Positions 1-8,697 of a stretch of DNA of 45,051 nt are shown here, one piece after another (the stretch's first letter is position 1; each line of letters starts with the position of its first letter). The position numbers and the translations under genes were made by a program. The notes beneath the pieces were generated by a model. It ran no database searches, was not told where the DNA came from, and worked only from the letters and a program-made list of their open reading frames with translations. This DNA comes from Vectrevirus T145P2, in the sequence record OZ035747.1. One strand, written 5' to 3'.

Positions 1-46
1 TAATAAGTTCAAGATTTGGAGGGAGAAGCGTGAGCGTACACAATAA
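1..46 (+). CDS. C-terminal fragment of class II holin (5-prime partial; in-frame continuation of the ORF at 44903..45051 if the sequence is circular)
   Basis: Window end leaves 2 nt (ta) that with nt 1 form TAT; reading on gives YNKFKIWREKRERTQ then TAA at 44-46, a basic tail typical of holins. Confidence 0.45.
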   Translation, partial: NKFKIWREKRERTQ

Positions 47-329
47 ACATGCAGCTACAGAGGACGAGGTTGGCATTCTGCATGGTGCTATTACCAAAAT
101 CTTCAATAAGAAAGCACAGGCAATACTGGACACTATAGAAGAAGACCCTGATGCAGCATTACATTTAGTGTCTGGTAAGGATATTGGTGCGATGTGTAAG
201 TGGGTTCTTGATAACGGCATTACCGCCACACCTGCTGCACAGCAGGAAGAGTCCAAGTTATCTAAGCGCCTCAAGGCTATCCGAGAGGCATCCAGTGGCA
301 AGATTATTCAGTTTACAAAAGAGGAGTGA
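30..329 (+). CDS. terminase small subunit (T7 gp18-like), GTG start
   Basis: GGAGG at 21-25 then GTG at 30; 99 aa; position directly upstream of large terminase; loose resemblance to T7 gp18 as I recall it. Confidence 0.5.
   Translation: MSVHNKHAATEDEVGILHGAITKIFNKKAQAILDTIEEDPDAALHLVSGKDIGAMCKWVLDNGITATPAAQQEESKLSKRLKAIREASSGKIIQFTKEE
122..144 (+). promoter_or_regulatory. phage RNAP promoter-like site inside the small terminase gene
   Basis: AATACTGGACACTATAGAAGAAG; matches the genome consensus except at the upstream AT-rich positions. Confidence 0.5.
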
Positions 330-330
330 T

Positions 331-774
331 ATGCATAGATGGTGTGAATCTCAAGGTTATACCATCTTACCTTCTGGTGTCATCCTTTCAAAGGGTGGCA
401 CCCCTCTCAAACCATTCAAGGCGGGTAGGGGTTATTTAGCAGTTAAAATTAAAAATAAAGAAGGTAAATGGCGTAATGTCTATGTTCATCAATTAGTGGC
501 TTATAAGTATTTACCTAAAACTAATAATGAAGTAAACCACAAAGACGGCGATAAGCACAACAATGATGTTAGCAACTTGGAGTGGGTAACAAGAAGCGAG
601 AATAACTATTTAAAATGCAATGGAAATGATAGGAGTGCCTTAAATAGCTATTTAGCAAGATTAAAAGATTGCTTCTTGCAAGGTAAGGGTGTAGCAGAAA
701 CCGCTAGACTTACTGGTAAAAGTGAACCAAGAGTTTCTTCTCTCTTTAAGGAGTGGCGAAATGGCAAAGGCTAG
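331..774 (+). CDS. HNH homing endonuclease with C-terminal HTH-like region
   Basis: ATG 331 after GAGGAG; motif EVNHKDGDKHNNDVSNLEWVTRSEN typical of HNH_3 nucleases; gene visibly AT-rich relative to neighbours; overlaps large terminase start by 14 nt. Confidence 0.8.
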   Translation: MHRWCESQGYTILPSGVILSKGGTPLKPFKAGRGYLAVKIKNKEGKWRNVYVHQLVAYKYLPKTNNEVNHKDGDKHNNDVSNLEWVTRSENNYLKCNGNDRSALNSYLARLKDCFLQGKGVAETARLTGKSEPRVSSLFKEWRNGKG

Positions 775-2659
775 AGAATCACAGGCAGAGGCATTAAAGC
801 GGTGGGAAAACCTTAAAGAACTACAAGACACTTTTAAATATACAGCGGAAGGTTTGCTTCTCTTTGCAGATACAGTTATTCATAACTTAATTGCAGGCAA
901 CCCTCATCTGATTCGTATGCAGGCGGATATCTTGAAGTTCCTATTTTACGGACACAAGTACCGCCTCATCGAAGCGCCTCGTGGTATCGCTAAGACAACA
1001 CTATCAGCAATCTATACGGTATTCCGTATTATTCATGAACCGCATAAGCGTATCATGGTTGTGTCCCAAAACGCCAAGCGAGCAGAGGAAATCGCAGGTT
1101 GGGTAGTTAAAATCTTCCGTGGCTTAGACTTTCTTGAGTTTATGCTGCCGGATATCTACGCTGGGGACCGTGCATCCGTTAAGGCGTTTGAGATTCATTA
1201 CACCCTACGTGGTAGTGATAAGTCTCCTTCTGTATCCTGTTACTCAATCGAAGCAGGTATGCAGGGTGCTCGTGCTGATATTATTCTAGCGGATGACGTA
1301 GAGTCGATGCAGAATGCTCGTACGGCAGCGGGCCGTGCCTTGCTTGAGGAACTGACTAAGGAGTTTGAATCTATCAACCAGTTTGGGGATATCATTTACC
1401 TTGGTACACCTCAGAACGTAAACTCTATCTACAACAACCTACCTGCTCGTGGTTACTCTGTTCGTATCTGGACTGCGCGTTACCCTTCAGTAGAGCAAGA
1501 GCAATGTTATGGCGACTTCCTTGCACCTATGATTGTGCAGGATATGAAGGACAACCCAGCACTGCGCTCAGGGTACGGGTTGGATGGTAATAGTGGTGCA
1601 CCTTGTGCCCCTGAAATGTATGATGATGAAGTCCTGATTGAGAAGGAAATCTCTCAGGGTGCTGCTAAGTTCCAGCTTCAGTTCATGCTTAACACTCGCA
1701 TGATGGATGCTGACAGATACCCATTACGCCTGAACAATCTAATCTTCACCTCGTTTGGTACAGAGGAAGTCCCTGTGATGCCTACGTGGAGTAATGATTC
1801 CATAAACATCATTGGTGATGCACCTAAGTATGGTAACAAGCCTACGGATTTCATGTACAGACCTGTAGCTCGCCCATACGAATGGGGTGCTGTCTCCCGC
1901 AAGATTATGTATATTGACCCTGCGGGTGGCGGTAAGAATGGGGATGAGACGGGTGTGGCTATCGTATTCCTGCACGGCACATTCATTTACGTGTATCAGT
2001 GCTTCGGTGTGCCGGGTGGATACCGCGAATCGTCCCTGAATCGCATTGTGCAGGCCGCAAAGCAGGCGGGTGTTAAAGAGGTATTCATTGAGAAGAACTT
2101 TGGTCATGGCGCGTTTGAGGCGGTAATTAAGCCGTACTTTGAACGAGAGTGGCCTGTAACGCTGGAAGAGGATTACGCCACCGGACAGAAAGAGTTGCGT
2201 ATCATTGAGACGCTGGAGCCGCTCATGGCAGCTCATAGGCTTATCTTCAATACAGAGATGGTGAAGTCAGACTTTGAGTCGGTACAGCACTACCCGCTTG
2301 AACTACGCATGTCCTACAGTCTTTTCAATCAAATGTCGAACATAACGATTGAGAAGAACAGCCTCCGGCACGATGACCGCCTAGACGCCCTGTATGGCGC
2401 TATACGGCAATTAACTTCTCAGATAGACTATGACGAGGTTACACGGATTAATCGCCTCAGAGCGCAGGAGATGCGCGATTACATCCATGCTATGAACACA
2501 CCTCATCTACGCAGGGCAATGCTATATGGAGATTACGGTACTGAGCGAAGAGTGACCAACACTTCCGTAGCGATGCAGCAGCGAGTTTACGGGCAGAACT
2601 ACCGAAATAAATCGGCAAGCAGAAATACACTTTCTGCAAGGATTTCAAGGACTTATTAA
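761..2659 (+). CDS. terminase large subunit (T7 gp19-like)
   Basis: AAGGAG then ATG 761; 632 aa; ATPase region RGIAKTTL...ILADDVESM and nuclease region DPAGGGKNGDETGVAIV. Confidence 0.93.
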   Translation: MAKARESQAEALKRWENLKELQDTFKYTAEGLLLFADTVIHNLIAGNPHLIRMQADILKFLFYGHKYRLIEAPRGIAKTTLSAIYTVFRIIHEPHKRIMVVSQNAKRAEEIAGWVVKIFRGLDFLEFMLPDIYAGDRASVKAFEIHYTLRGSDKSPSVSCYSIEAGMQGARADIILADDVESMQNARTAAGRALLEELTKEFESINQFGDIIYLGTPQNVNSIYNNLPARGYSVRIWTARYPSVEQEQCYGDFLAPMIVQDMKDNPALRSGYGLDGNSGAPCAPEMYDDEVLIEKEISQGAAKFQLQFMLNTRMMDADRYPLRLNNLIFTSFGTEEVPVMPTWSNDSINIIGDAPKYGNKPTDFMYRPVARPYEWGAVSRKIMYIDPAGGGKNGDETGVAIVFLHGTFIYVYQCFGVPGGYRESSLNRIVQAAKQAGVKEVFIEKNFGHGAFEAVIKPYFEREWPVTLEEDYATGQKELRIIETLEPLMAAHRLIFNTEMVKSDFESVQHYPLELRMSYSLFNQMSNITIEKNSLRHDDRLDALYGAIRQLTSQIDYDEVTRINRLRAQEMRDYIHAMNTPHLRRAMLYGDYGTERRVTNTSVAMQQRVYGQNYRNKSASRNTLSARISRTY

Positions 2660-2680
2660 TTACTGGACACTATAGAAGGA
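2658..2680 (+). promoter_or_regulatory. phage RNAP promoter
   Basis: ATTACTGGACACTATAGAAGG immediately after terminase stop; followed by AT-rich leader with TAGGT repeats. Confidence 0.8.
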
Positions 2681-2819
2681 AAGCCCAGATAATAAGATAA
2701 ATAATAGGTAATATATAGGTTAACCTAGGTTATATAGGTATACCTTAGTATGGGTGTACTCCTGTACACCCTATTCCTTACTACCTTACTATATTTACAT
2801 AATAGGAGAGAGAGAGACA

Positions 2820-3098
2820 ATGGCTAATGATTATAGTAGTCAACCATTAACAGGTAAGTCTAAGCGAAAGCAGGTACAACCTGTAAGTGAAGCACTAATG
2901 CTTCCGGTACTCAAAAAAGAGGAAGTTAGTAAGAAAAGCAATGTTATTAATGATGCCACCAAATCAGGTAAACAGAAAGGGGCCATGGTGTGCCTTGAAG
3001 TGGAAGGTGGTGTATTGAAGATTGCTATCGCGGTTGATGGCAAAGAAGATTCAGAGTGGAAGTTAGTAACAGTGGAACCAGCTGTTAACCCAGTTTAA
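2820..3098 (+). CDS. hypothetical protein, paralog A of a tandem pair
   Basis: ATG 2820; 92 aa; shares SGKQKGAMV.LE...IA.A...W motif with next gene. Confidence 0.6.
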   Translation: MANDYSSQPLTGKSKRKQVQPVSEALMLPVLKKEEVSKKSNVINDATKSGKQKGAMVCLEVEGGVLKIAIAVDGKEDSEWKLVTVEPAVNPV

Positions 3099-3116
3099 GA
3101 TAAGGAGGAAGATTAC

Positions 3117-3410
3117 ATGGCTAAATATGGTACTACAGGTTCTGTTACTGGTCAGGCTTTTCGAGTAAAAGCAGTACAAACTATTGCAACGGCAATCCCG
3201 ATGCCTGTTGTTAAAGAAGCAGACCTTAAGAGTAAAGATCACCCTATCAACATCAAACATTTATCAGGTAAACAGAAAGGTGCAATGGTTGCTCTTGAGA
3301 AAAGTGACACAACCTTACATATTGCTGTTGCACGTGGTAGTGAACCAACAGACCCTTGGGATGTAACTGGCATGGAATCGCTCGCTGTCACTCCAGCAGG
3401 TGGAGAATAA
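3117..3410 (+). CDS. hypothetical protein, paralog B of a tandem pair
   Basis: AAGGAGG then ATG 3117; 97 aa; clear similarity to 2820..3098. Confidence 0.65.
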   Translation: MAKYGTTGSVTGQAFRVKAVQTIATAIPMPVVKEADLKSKDHPINIKHLSGKQKGAMVALEKSDTTLHIAVARGSEPTDPWDVTGMESLAVTPAGGE

Positions 3411-3754
3411 TGCTTAACAAATACTTCAAGCGCCGTGAGTTCGCTTGCCGTTGTGGGTGCGGTACATCCACTGTTGATGCTGAATTACTACAAGTAGTCA
3501 CAGATGTGCGTGAGCACTTTGGTTCTCCTGTAGTTATCACTTCTGGGCACCGCTGTGCTAAGCACAATGCTAATGTAGGAGGAGCTAAGAACTCCATGCA
3601 TCTTACTGGTAAGGCTGCTGACATTAAAGTTACTGGTATTGGGCCAATGGAGGTTCGTGCATACCTGTGCAATAAATACCCAGATAAATATGGTATTGGT
3701 GCTTATCCTACTTTCACTCATATTGATGTGAGGGATAATAAAGCACGATGGTAA
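3410..3754 (+). CDS. peptidase M15-family zinc peptidase, probable endolysin
   Basis: ATG 3410 overlapping previous stop; 114 aa; FACRCGCG, SGHRCAKHN, MHLTGKAADI and THID motifs characteristic of LAS/M15 peptidases. Confidence 0.78.
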   Translation: MLNKYFKRREFACRCGCGTSTVDAELLQVVTDVREHFGSPVVITSGHRCAKHNANVGGAKNSMHLTGKAADIKVTGIGPMEVRAYLCNKYPDKYGIGAYPTFTHIDVRDNKARW

Positions 3755-3879
3755 GATGCATTGAATGGTGTGAGCGCATGGTTGCTCAGGCTGCCGAGGA
3801 CGGCAACTATGATGACTGGAAGAACTACTCGGACTTGTTAGCTCAATGGAAAGGGAGATGTGATGAAAAAACTGTTTAA
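3748..3879 (+). CDS. small hypothetical ORF (43 aa)
   Basis: ATG 3748 overlapping endolysin 3-prime end; weak RBS; may be non-coding. Confidence 0.25.
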   Translation: MVRCIEWCERMVAQAAEDGNYDDWKNYSDLLAQWKGRCDEKTV

Positions 3880-4012
3880 GTCTAAGAAAGTGGTAGGTGC
3901 ACTAGTTGCACTGGTAATTGCCCTTGTTTCTGTAGGTCTTGGCGTAGACCTTGGTGAAGGTACGGAAGGTTCCGTCACTGACGTGGTATGCCAAGTAATC
4001 ACCTGTGAATAA
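3863..4012 (+). CDS. small membrane protein in lysis cassette (49 aa; holin/antiholin or spanin component)
   Basis: GGGAG then ATG 3863; MKKLFKSKK then 19-residue hydrophobic segment VVGALVALVIALVSVGLGV. Confidence 0.45.
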   Translation: MKKLFKSKKVVGALVALVIALVSVGLGVDLGEGTEGSVTDVVCQVITCE

Positions 4013-4089
4013 GGTGCTTGAGGTGGTGGCAGGTCTTATCGGCCTGCTGCTTGCCGCTAAGAAGAAGAAGGAAGACAAGGAGGCACAAA

Positions 4090-4299
4090 GTGAAGCGAAT
4101 CATGTTAGTGACAATCCTGCTGATTGGTTCGCTGATCACTTCCGGGTGTCAGCAGGCGTTACCAGAGAAAGCAATGGTGAAACCTCTGAGGCCGACGCTG
4201 ACGGAAGTTTACGAGGTAGACGATAAGGTCTGCTTTAGTAAGCCTGACGCTACAAAATTAGGTTTGTATATTCTTTCGCTAGAACGCGGATATAATTAA
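4090..4299 (+). CDS. outer-membrane lipoprotein, probable o-spanin (Rz1-like)
   Basis: AAGGAGG at 4077-4083 then GTG 4090 (alternative ATG 4102); MKRIMLVTILLIGSLITSGC lipoprotein signal with Cys; short Pro-containing mature part with second Cys. Confidence 0.55.
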   Translation: MKRIMLVTILLIGSLITSGCQQALPEKAMVKPLRPTLTEVYEVDDKVCFSKPDATKLGLYILSLERGYN

Positions 4300-4328
4300 T
4301 ACATAGCTTTATGTATCAGTGTCTTACG

Positions 4329-4351
4329 ATTTACTGGACACTATAGAAGAG
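4329..4351 (+). promoter_or_regulatory. phage RNAP promoter upstream of tailspike genes
   Basis: ATTTACTGGACACTATAGAAGAGG, exact consensus. Confidence 0.85.
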
Positions 4352-4430
4352 GTAAGATAGCGCCGTTCTTTTGAACGGCCTATTACTAGCCAATCTTCAT
4401 AGGGAGGGTTGGGAAGTAATAGGAGGTTTA

Positions 4431-5870
4431 ATGGCTAATATTACCAAACCTGTCACAACTGGTATTATACATGAAGGAAGGCTGCTATCAGATTATCTAA
4501 AACAAGCATGGGATAACACCTTACACGCTGATAACTACTTTGTTAGTGTTAAAGACTTTGGCGCTAAGGGTGATGGCTCTGCTGATGATACTGCTGCATT
4601 CAAAGCTGCACTTGCTTCTGGTAAGAATGTATATATCCCTGTAGGTATTTATATAATTAGTGAGACTTTGTATTTTAAGAATCAGGTTATAAAAGGGGGC
4701 GGAATAGCACCTATTCCGAGTCTTGGTACAATCCTTGCAATCTCACACAGTGAGCCTGCATTGAAATATGATGTAAGTGCAGGTTACTCTATGGGTGGTT
4801 ATTTAGGTGGGTTCTTCATAGATTATGGAGAGAACAAACCAGATAACTATGCAGGCAGAAAAGGCATAGATCTAGGTGATGCCGACCAACAAGCATGGCC
4901 TTCTCAATTTATCATTGAGAACATCATTGTCCGTGGTGCATACTTTGGTTTGCATGATGAAACAGGAGCATTCCAATACTCAATGCGCAATGTGGTTGCT
5001 ATCAATTGCTGGGAGGGGTTCCGTAAGTTCACTGGAACTACAGTCCTTATGGATACATGCTATGCGCTTAATTGCTATCAAGCATATAGACTGGCTAATG
5101 TTTATAATATGACAATGAATAACTGCGCCATGGATGGATGTAATGATATCCAAGGTTTACAGGCATTTGATATTACAAACTGCAAAGGTCTTGTGATAAA
5201 TGGCATGTATAGTGAGAATTGTGAGATCCATCATAGCGGTAATGCTTCTATATTTATTCATGGAGATTCTACAGTAACAATCAACGGTTATACCTTACAC
5301 TCGCATAATGTCGTTGTTGATCCAGCATCTGGAAGTGAAGAAGCATACTTTCTTAGAGCGCACGACAGCTCTAGGGTCAATGTAGATGGAATCTTCTTCG
5401 GTGAGAACCTTAAATCTACTAGTATCTTCACCTACCCAATTATGGCCTCTGGTGAGTCTAGAATTAAGCTAGGAACTACAGCACTTAAGGCATGGGTCGG
5501 TGCTAAGGGTGGTGCATCTATGGCTGCTGTTGAAGATAGTCTCATTGAATATGACAATACCGTATTTAACCCATCACTTACTGTAGGTTGGTGCAGTAAT
5601 AATGGTGTTGTAGCTAAAGGGACACTAGTTGTAAACACAACATTAGAACCTAATGCAGATTTAAATGCAGGAACTATACAATTAGTTGGTGACTATAAAC
5701 CAAATAAAGGTGATGTTCTTACATATGGTTCTACTTTCGATGTTCAATCATGTGCTATTATTCTGAAGCCACAAGGTGATAATAGTTGTAATGTTTACAT
5801 TAAAAACCTAAGTGCAGGTAGTAGTGTTACACTTAACGGAATATTGCACGTACAGGCAATTCGTAGGTAA
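4431..5870 (+). CDS. tailspike 1: beta-helix polysaccharide depolymerase/lyase-like protein (possibly K5-type lyase)
   Basis: AGGAGG then ATG 4431; 479 aa; KDFGAKGDGSADDTAAFKAALASGKNVYIP start of pectate-lyase-like beta-helix; repeated N-x-C turns; lacks T7 gp17-type N-terminal domain. Confidence 0.75.
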   Translation: MANITKPVTTGIIHEGRLLSDYLKQAWDNTLHADNYFVSVKDFGAKGDGSADDTAAFKAALASGKNVYIPVGIYIISETLYFKNQVIKGGGIAPIPSLGTILAISHSEPALKYDVSAGYSMGGYLGGFFIDYGENKPDNYAGRKGIDLGDADQQAWPSQFIIENIIVRGAYFGLHDETGAFQYSMRNVVAINCWEGFRKFTGTTVLMDTCYALNCYQAYRLANVYNMTMNNCAMDGCNDIQGLQAFDITNCKGLVINGMYSENCEIHHSGNASIFIHGDSTVTINGYTLHSHNVVVDPASGSEEAYFLRAHDSSRVNVDGIFFGENLKSTSIFTYPIMASGESRIKLGTTALKAWVGAKGGASMAAVEDSLIEYDNTVFNPSLTVGWCSNNGVVAKGTLVVNTTLEPNADLNAGTIQLVGDYKPNKGDVLTYGSTFDVQSCAIILKPQGDNSCNVYIKNLSAGSSVTLNGILHVQAIRR

Positions 5871-5875
5871 TCACA

Positions 5876-5899
5876 GGCAGTGCGTAAGCACTGCTTTTC
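5876..5899 (+). terminator. intrinsic terminator-like hairpin between the two tailspike genes
   Basis: GCAGTGC-GTAA-GCACTGC perfect 7-bp stem with tetraloop followed by TTTT. Confidence 0.6.
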
Positions 5900-5953
5900 G
5901 CGCAACTTTTCTTAAAGGTTATCATGATGGTAGCCTTTCAGAAAGGAGGTTAC

Positions 5954-8389
5954 ATGATTCAAAGACTAGGTTCTTCATTAGTTAAATTCAAGAGTAAAAT
6001 AGCAGGTGCAATCTGGCGTAACTTGGATGACAAGCTCACCGAGGTTGTATCGCTTAAAGATTTTGGAGCCAAAGGTGATGGTAAGACAAACGACCAAGAT
6101 GCAGTAAATGCAGCGATGGCTTCAGGTAAGAGAATTGACGGTGCTGGTGCTACTTACAAAGTATCATCTTTACCTGATATGGAGCGATTCTATAACACCC
6201 GCTTCGTATGGGAACGTTTAGCAGGTCAACCTCTTTACTATGTGAGTAAAGGTTTTATCAATGGTGAACTATATAAAATCACGGATAACCCTTATTACAA
6301 TGCTTGGCCTCAAGACAAAGCGTTTGTATATGAGAACGTGATATATGCACCTTACATGGGTAGTGACCGTCATGGTGTTAGTCGTCTGCATGTATCATGG
6401 GTTAAGTCTGGTGACGATGGTCAAACATGGTCTACTCCAGAGTGGTTAACTGATCTGCATCCAGATTACCCTACAGTGAACTATCATTGTATGAGCATGG
6501 GTGTATGTCGCAACCGTCTGTTTGCCATGATTGAAACACGTACTTTAGCCAATAACGCACTAACCAATTGTGCATTGTGGGATCGTCCTATGTCTCGTAG
6601 TCTGCACCTTACTGGTGGTATCACTAAGGCTGCAAATCAGCAATATGCAACAATACATGTACCAGATCACGGATTATTCGTGGGCGATTTTGTTAACTTC
6701 TCTAATTCTGCGGTAACAGGTGTATCAGGTGATATGACTGTTGCAACGGTAATAGATAAGGACAACTTCACGGTTCTTACACCTAACCAGCAGACTTCAG
6801 ATTTGAATAACGCTGGAAAGAGTTGGCACATGGGTACTTCTTTCCATAAGTCTCCATGGCGTAAGACAGATCTTGGTCTAATCCCTAGTGTCACAGAGGT
6901 GCATAGCTTTGCTACTATTGATAACAATGGCTTTGTTATGGGATATCATCAAGGTGATGTAGCTCCACGAGAAGTTGGTCTTTTCTACTTCCCTGATGCT
7001 TTCAATAGCCCATCTAATTATGTTCGTCGTCAGATACCATCTGAGTATGAACCAGATGCGTCAGAGCCATGCATCAAGTACTATGACGGTGTATTATACC
7101 TTATCACTCGTGGCACTCGTGGTGACAGACTTGGAAGCTCTTTGCATCGTAGTAGAGATATAGGTCAGACTTGGGAGTCACTGAGATTTCCACATAATGT
7201 TCATCATACTACCTTACCTTTTGCTAAAGTAGGAGATGACCTTATTATGTTTGGTTCAGAACGTGCAGAAAATGAATGGGAAGCAGGTGCACCAGATGAC
7301 CGTTACAGGGCATCTTATCCTCGTACCTTCTATGCACGATTGAATGTAAACAATTGGAATGCAGATGATATTGAATGGGTTAACATCACAGACCAAATCT
7401 ATCAAGGGGACATTGTGAACTCTAGTGTAGGTGTAGGTTCTGTTGTAGTTAAAGACAGCTACATTTACTATATCTTTGGTGGTGAAAATCATTTCAACCC
7501 AATGACTTATGGTGACAACAAAAATAAAGACCCATTTAAAGGTCATGGACACCCTACTGATATATACTGCTATAAGATGCAGATTGCAAATGACAATCGT
7601 GTATCTCGTAAGTTTACATATGGTGCAACTCCTGGTCAAGCTATACCTACTTTCATGGGTACTGATGGGGTACGAAATATCCCTGCACCTTTGTATTTCT
7701 CAGATAACATTGTTACAGAGGATACTAAAGTTGGACACTTAACAATTAAAGCAAGCACAAGTTCCAATATACGATCTGAAGCGCAGATGGAAGGTGAATA
7801 TGGCTTTATTGGCAAGTCTGTTCCAAAGGATAACCCAACTGGTCAACGTTTGATTATTTGTGGTGGAGAAGAGACTTCGTCCTCTTCAGGTGCACAGATA
7901 ACTTTGCACGGCTCTAATTCAAGTAATGCTAATCGTATCACTTATAACGGAAATGAGCACCTATTCCAAGGTGCACCAATCATGCCTGCTGTAGATAACC
8001 AGTTTGCTGCTGGTGGGCCTAGTAACCGATTCACTACCATCTACCTAGGTAGTGACCCTGTTACAACTTCAGATGCTGAACACAAGTACGGCATCTCTAG
8101 TATTAATACCAAGGTGTTAAAGGCTTGGGGTAGAGTTGGTTTTAAACAGTATGGTTTGAATAGTGAAGCAGAGAGGAATCTTGATAGCATACACTTCGGT
8201 GTCTTGGCTCAGGATATTGTAGCTGCTTTTGAAGCTGAAGGATTGGATGCCATTAAGTATGGAATTGTGTCCTTCGAAGAAGGTAGGTACGGTGTGAGAT
8301 ATAGTGAAGTTCTAATCCTAGAGGCTGCCTACACTCGCCATCGTCTTGATAAATTAGAGGAGATGTACGCCGCTAATAAAATCAGTTAA
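5954..8389 (+). CDS. tailspike 2: endo-N-acetylneuraminidase (endosialidase) with C-terminal intramolecular chaperone domain
   Basis: AAAGGAGG then ATG 5954; 811 aa; C-terminal SDAEHKYGISS...LDSIHFGVLAQD region resembles the self-cleaving chaperone domain of K1-phage endosialidases (from memory). Confidence 0.85.
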   Translation: MIQRLGSSLVKFKSKIAGAIWRNLDDKLTEVVSLKDFGAKGDGKTNDQDAVNAAMASGKRIDGAGATYKVSSLPDMERFYNTRFVWERLAGQPLYYVSKGFINGELYKITDNPYYNAWPQDKAFVYENVIYAPYMGSDRHGVSRLHVSWVKSGDDGQTWSTPEWLTDLHPDYPTVNYHCMSMGVCRNRLFAMIETRTLANNALTNCALWDRPMSRSLHLTGGITKAANQQYATIHVPDHGLFVGDFVNFSNSAVTGVSGDMTVATVIDKDNFTVLTPNQQTSDLNNAGKSWHMGTSFHKSPWRKTDLGLIPSVTEVHSFATIDNNGFVMGYHQGDVAPREVGLFYFPDAFNSPSNYVRRQIPSEYEPDASEPCIKYYDGVLYLITRGTRGDRLGSSLHRSRDIGQTWESLRFPHNVHHTTLPFAKVGDDLIMFGSERAENEWEAGAPDDRYRASYPRTFYARLNVNNWNADDIEWVNITDQIYQGDIVNSSVGVGSVVVKDSYIYYIFGGENHFNPMTYGDNKNKDPFKGHGHPTDIYCYKMQIANDNRVSRKFTYGATPGQAIPTFMGTDGVRNIPAPLYFSDNIVTEDTKVGHLTIKASTSSNIRSEAQMEGEYGFIGKSVPKDNPTGQRLIICGGEETSSSSGAQITLHGSNSSNANRITYNGNEHLFQGAPIMPAVDNQFAAGGPSNRFTTIYLGSDPVTTSDAEHKYGISSINTKVLKAWGRVGFKQYGLNSEAERNLDSIHFGVLAQDIVAAFEAEGLDAIKYGIVSFEEGRYGVRYSEVLILEAAYTRHRLDKLEEMYAANKIS

Positions 8390-8589
8390 GCAAGCTGCTG
8401 TACGCCAGAACGCAGAAGAACTTATTCAATCAGGACGTGACCCTAAGCAGGCATACGCCATTGCCAAGGATGTACAACGTCGTGCCTTGAAGAAATCTTC
8501 TGCATCTTCTGCTTAAGCAGGTTAATATCTTAGTGTACACAAGGGCAGACCTAGGTTTGCTCTTAGTGCCATCAAAGGAGGGTGTAGGT

Positions 8590-8697
8590 ATGTTATCTTT
8601 GTTGTGTATACTCAGTGATGTCCTAGGTCGTAAGAGGTACATTCTTAGTGAAGACCAAATAAGGGACGAGAAGATACGGAGGTCGCTCACAAAGTAA
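8590..8697 (+). CDS. small hypothetical ORF (35 aa) at the extreme right end of the gene map
   Basis: GGAGG then ATG 8590 with 8-nt spacing; basic peptide; no homolog recognised. Confidence 0.3.
   Translation: MLSLLCILSDVLGRKRYILSEDQIRDEKIRRSLTK

Noticed and set aside
184-774. Track start at 184 for the HNH gene and similar long N-terminal extensions in other track ORFs (722, 2754, 3356, 4018, 4371, 5924, 33710, 34432, 36825)
   Set aside because: These are maximal ORFs using GTG/TTG or upstream in-frame codons that run through the preceding gene; RBS-supported ATG starts further downstream were used instead
4005-4226. Frame overlapping the lipoprotein gene as a possible i-spanin
   Set aside because: Not annotated as a feature: only GTG starts with weak context, hydrophobic segment of about 14 residues and a short periplasmic part; kept as a possibility in the lysis finding
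4431-5870. Firm assignment of tailspike 1 as a K5 heparosan lyase
   Set aside because: Only the generic beta-helix start and the dual-spike architecture support it; I cannot verify sequence identity to any characterised K5 lyase without a search, so the call is left as a generic depolymerase with K5 lyase as a hypothesis
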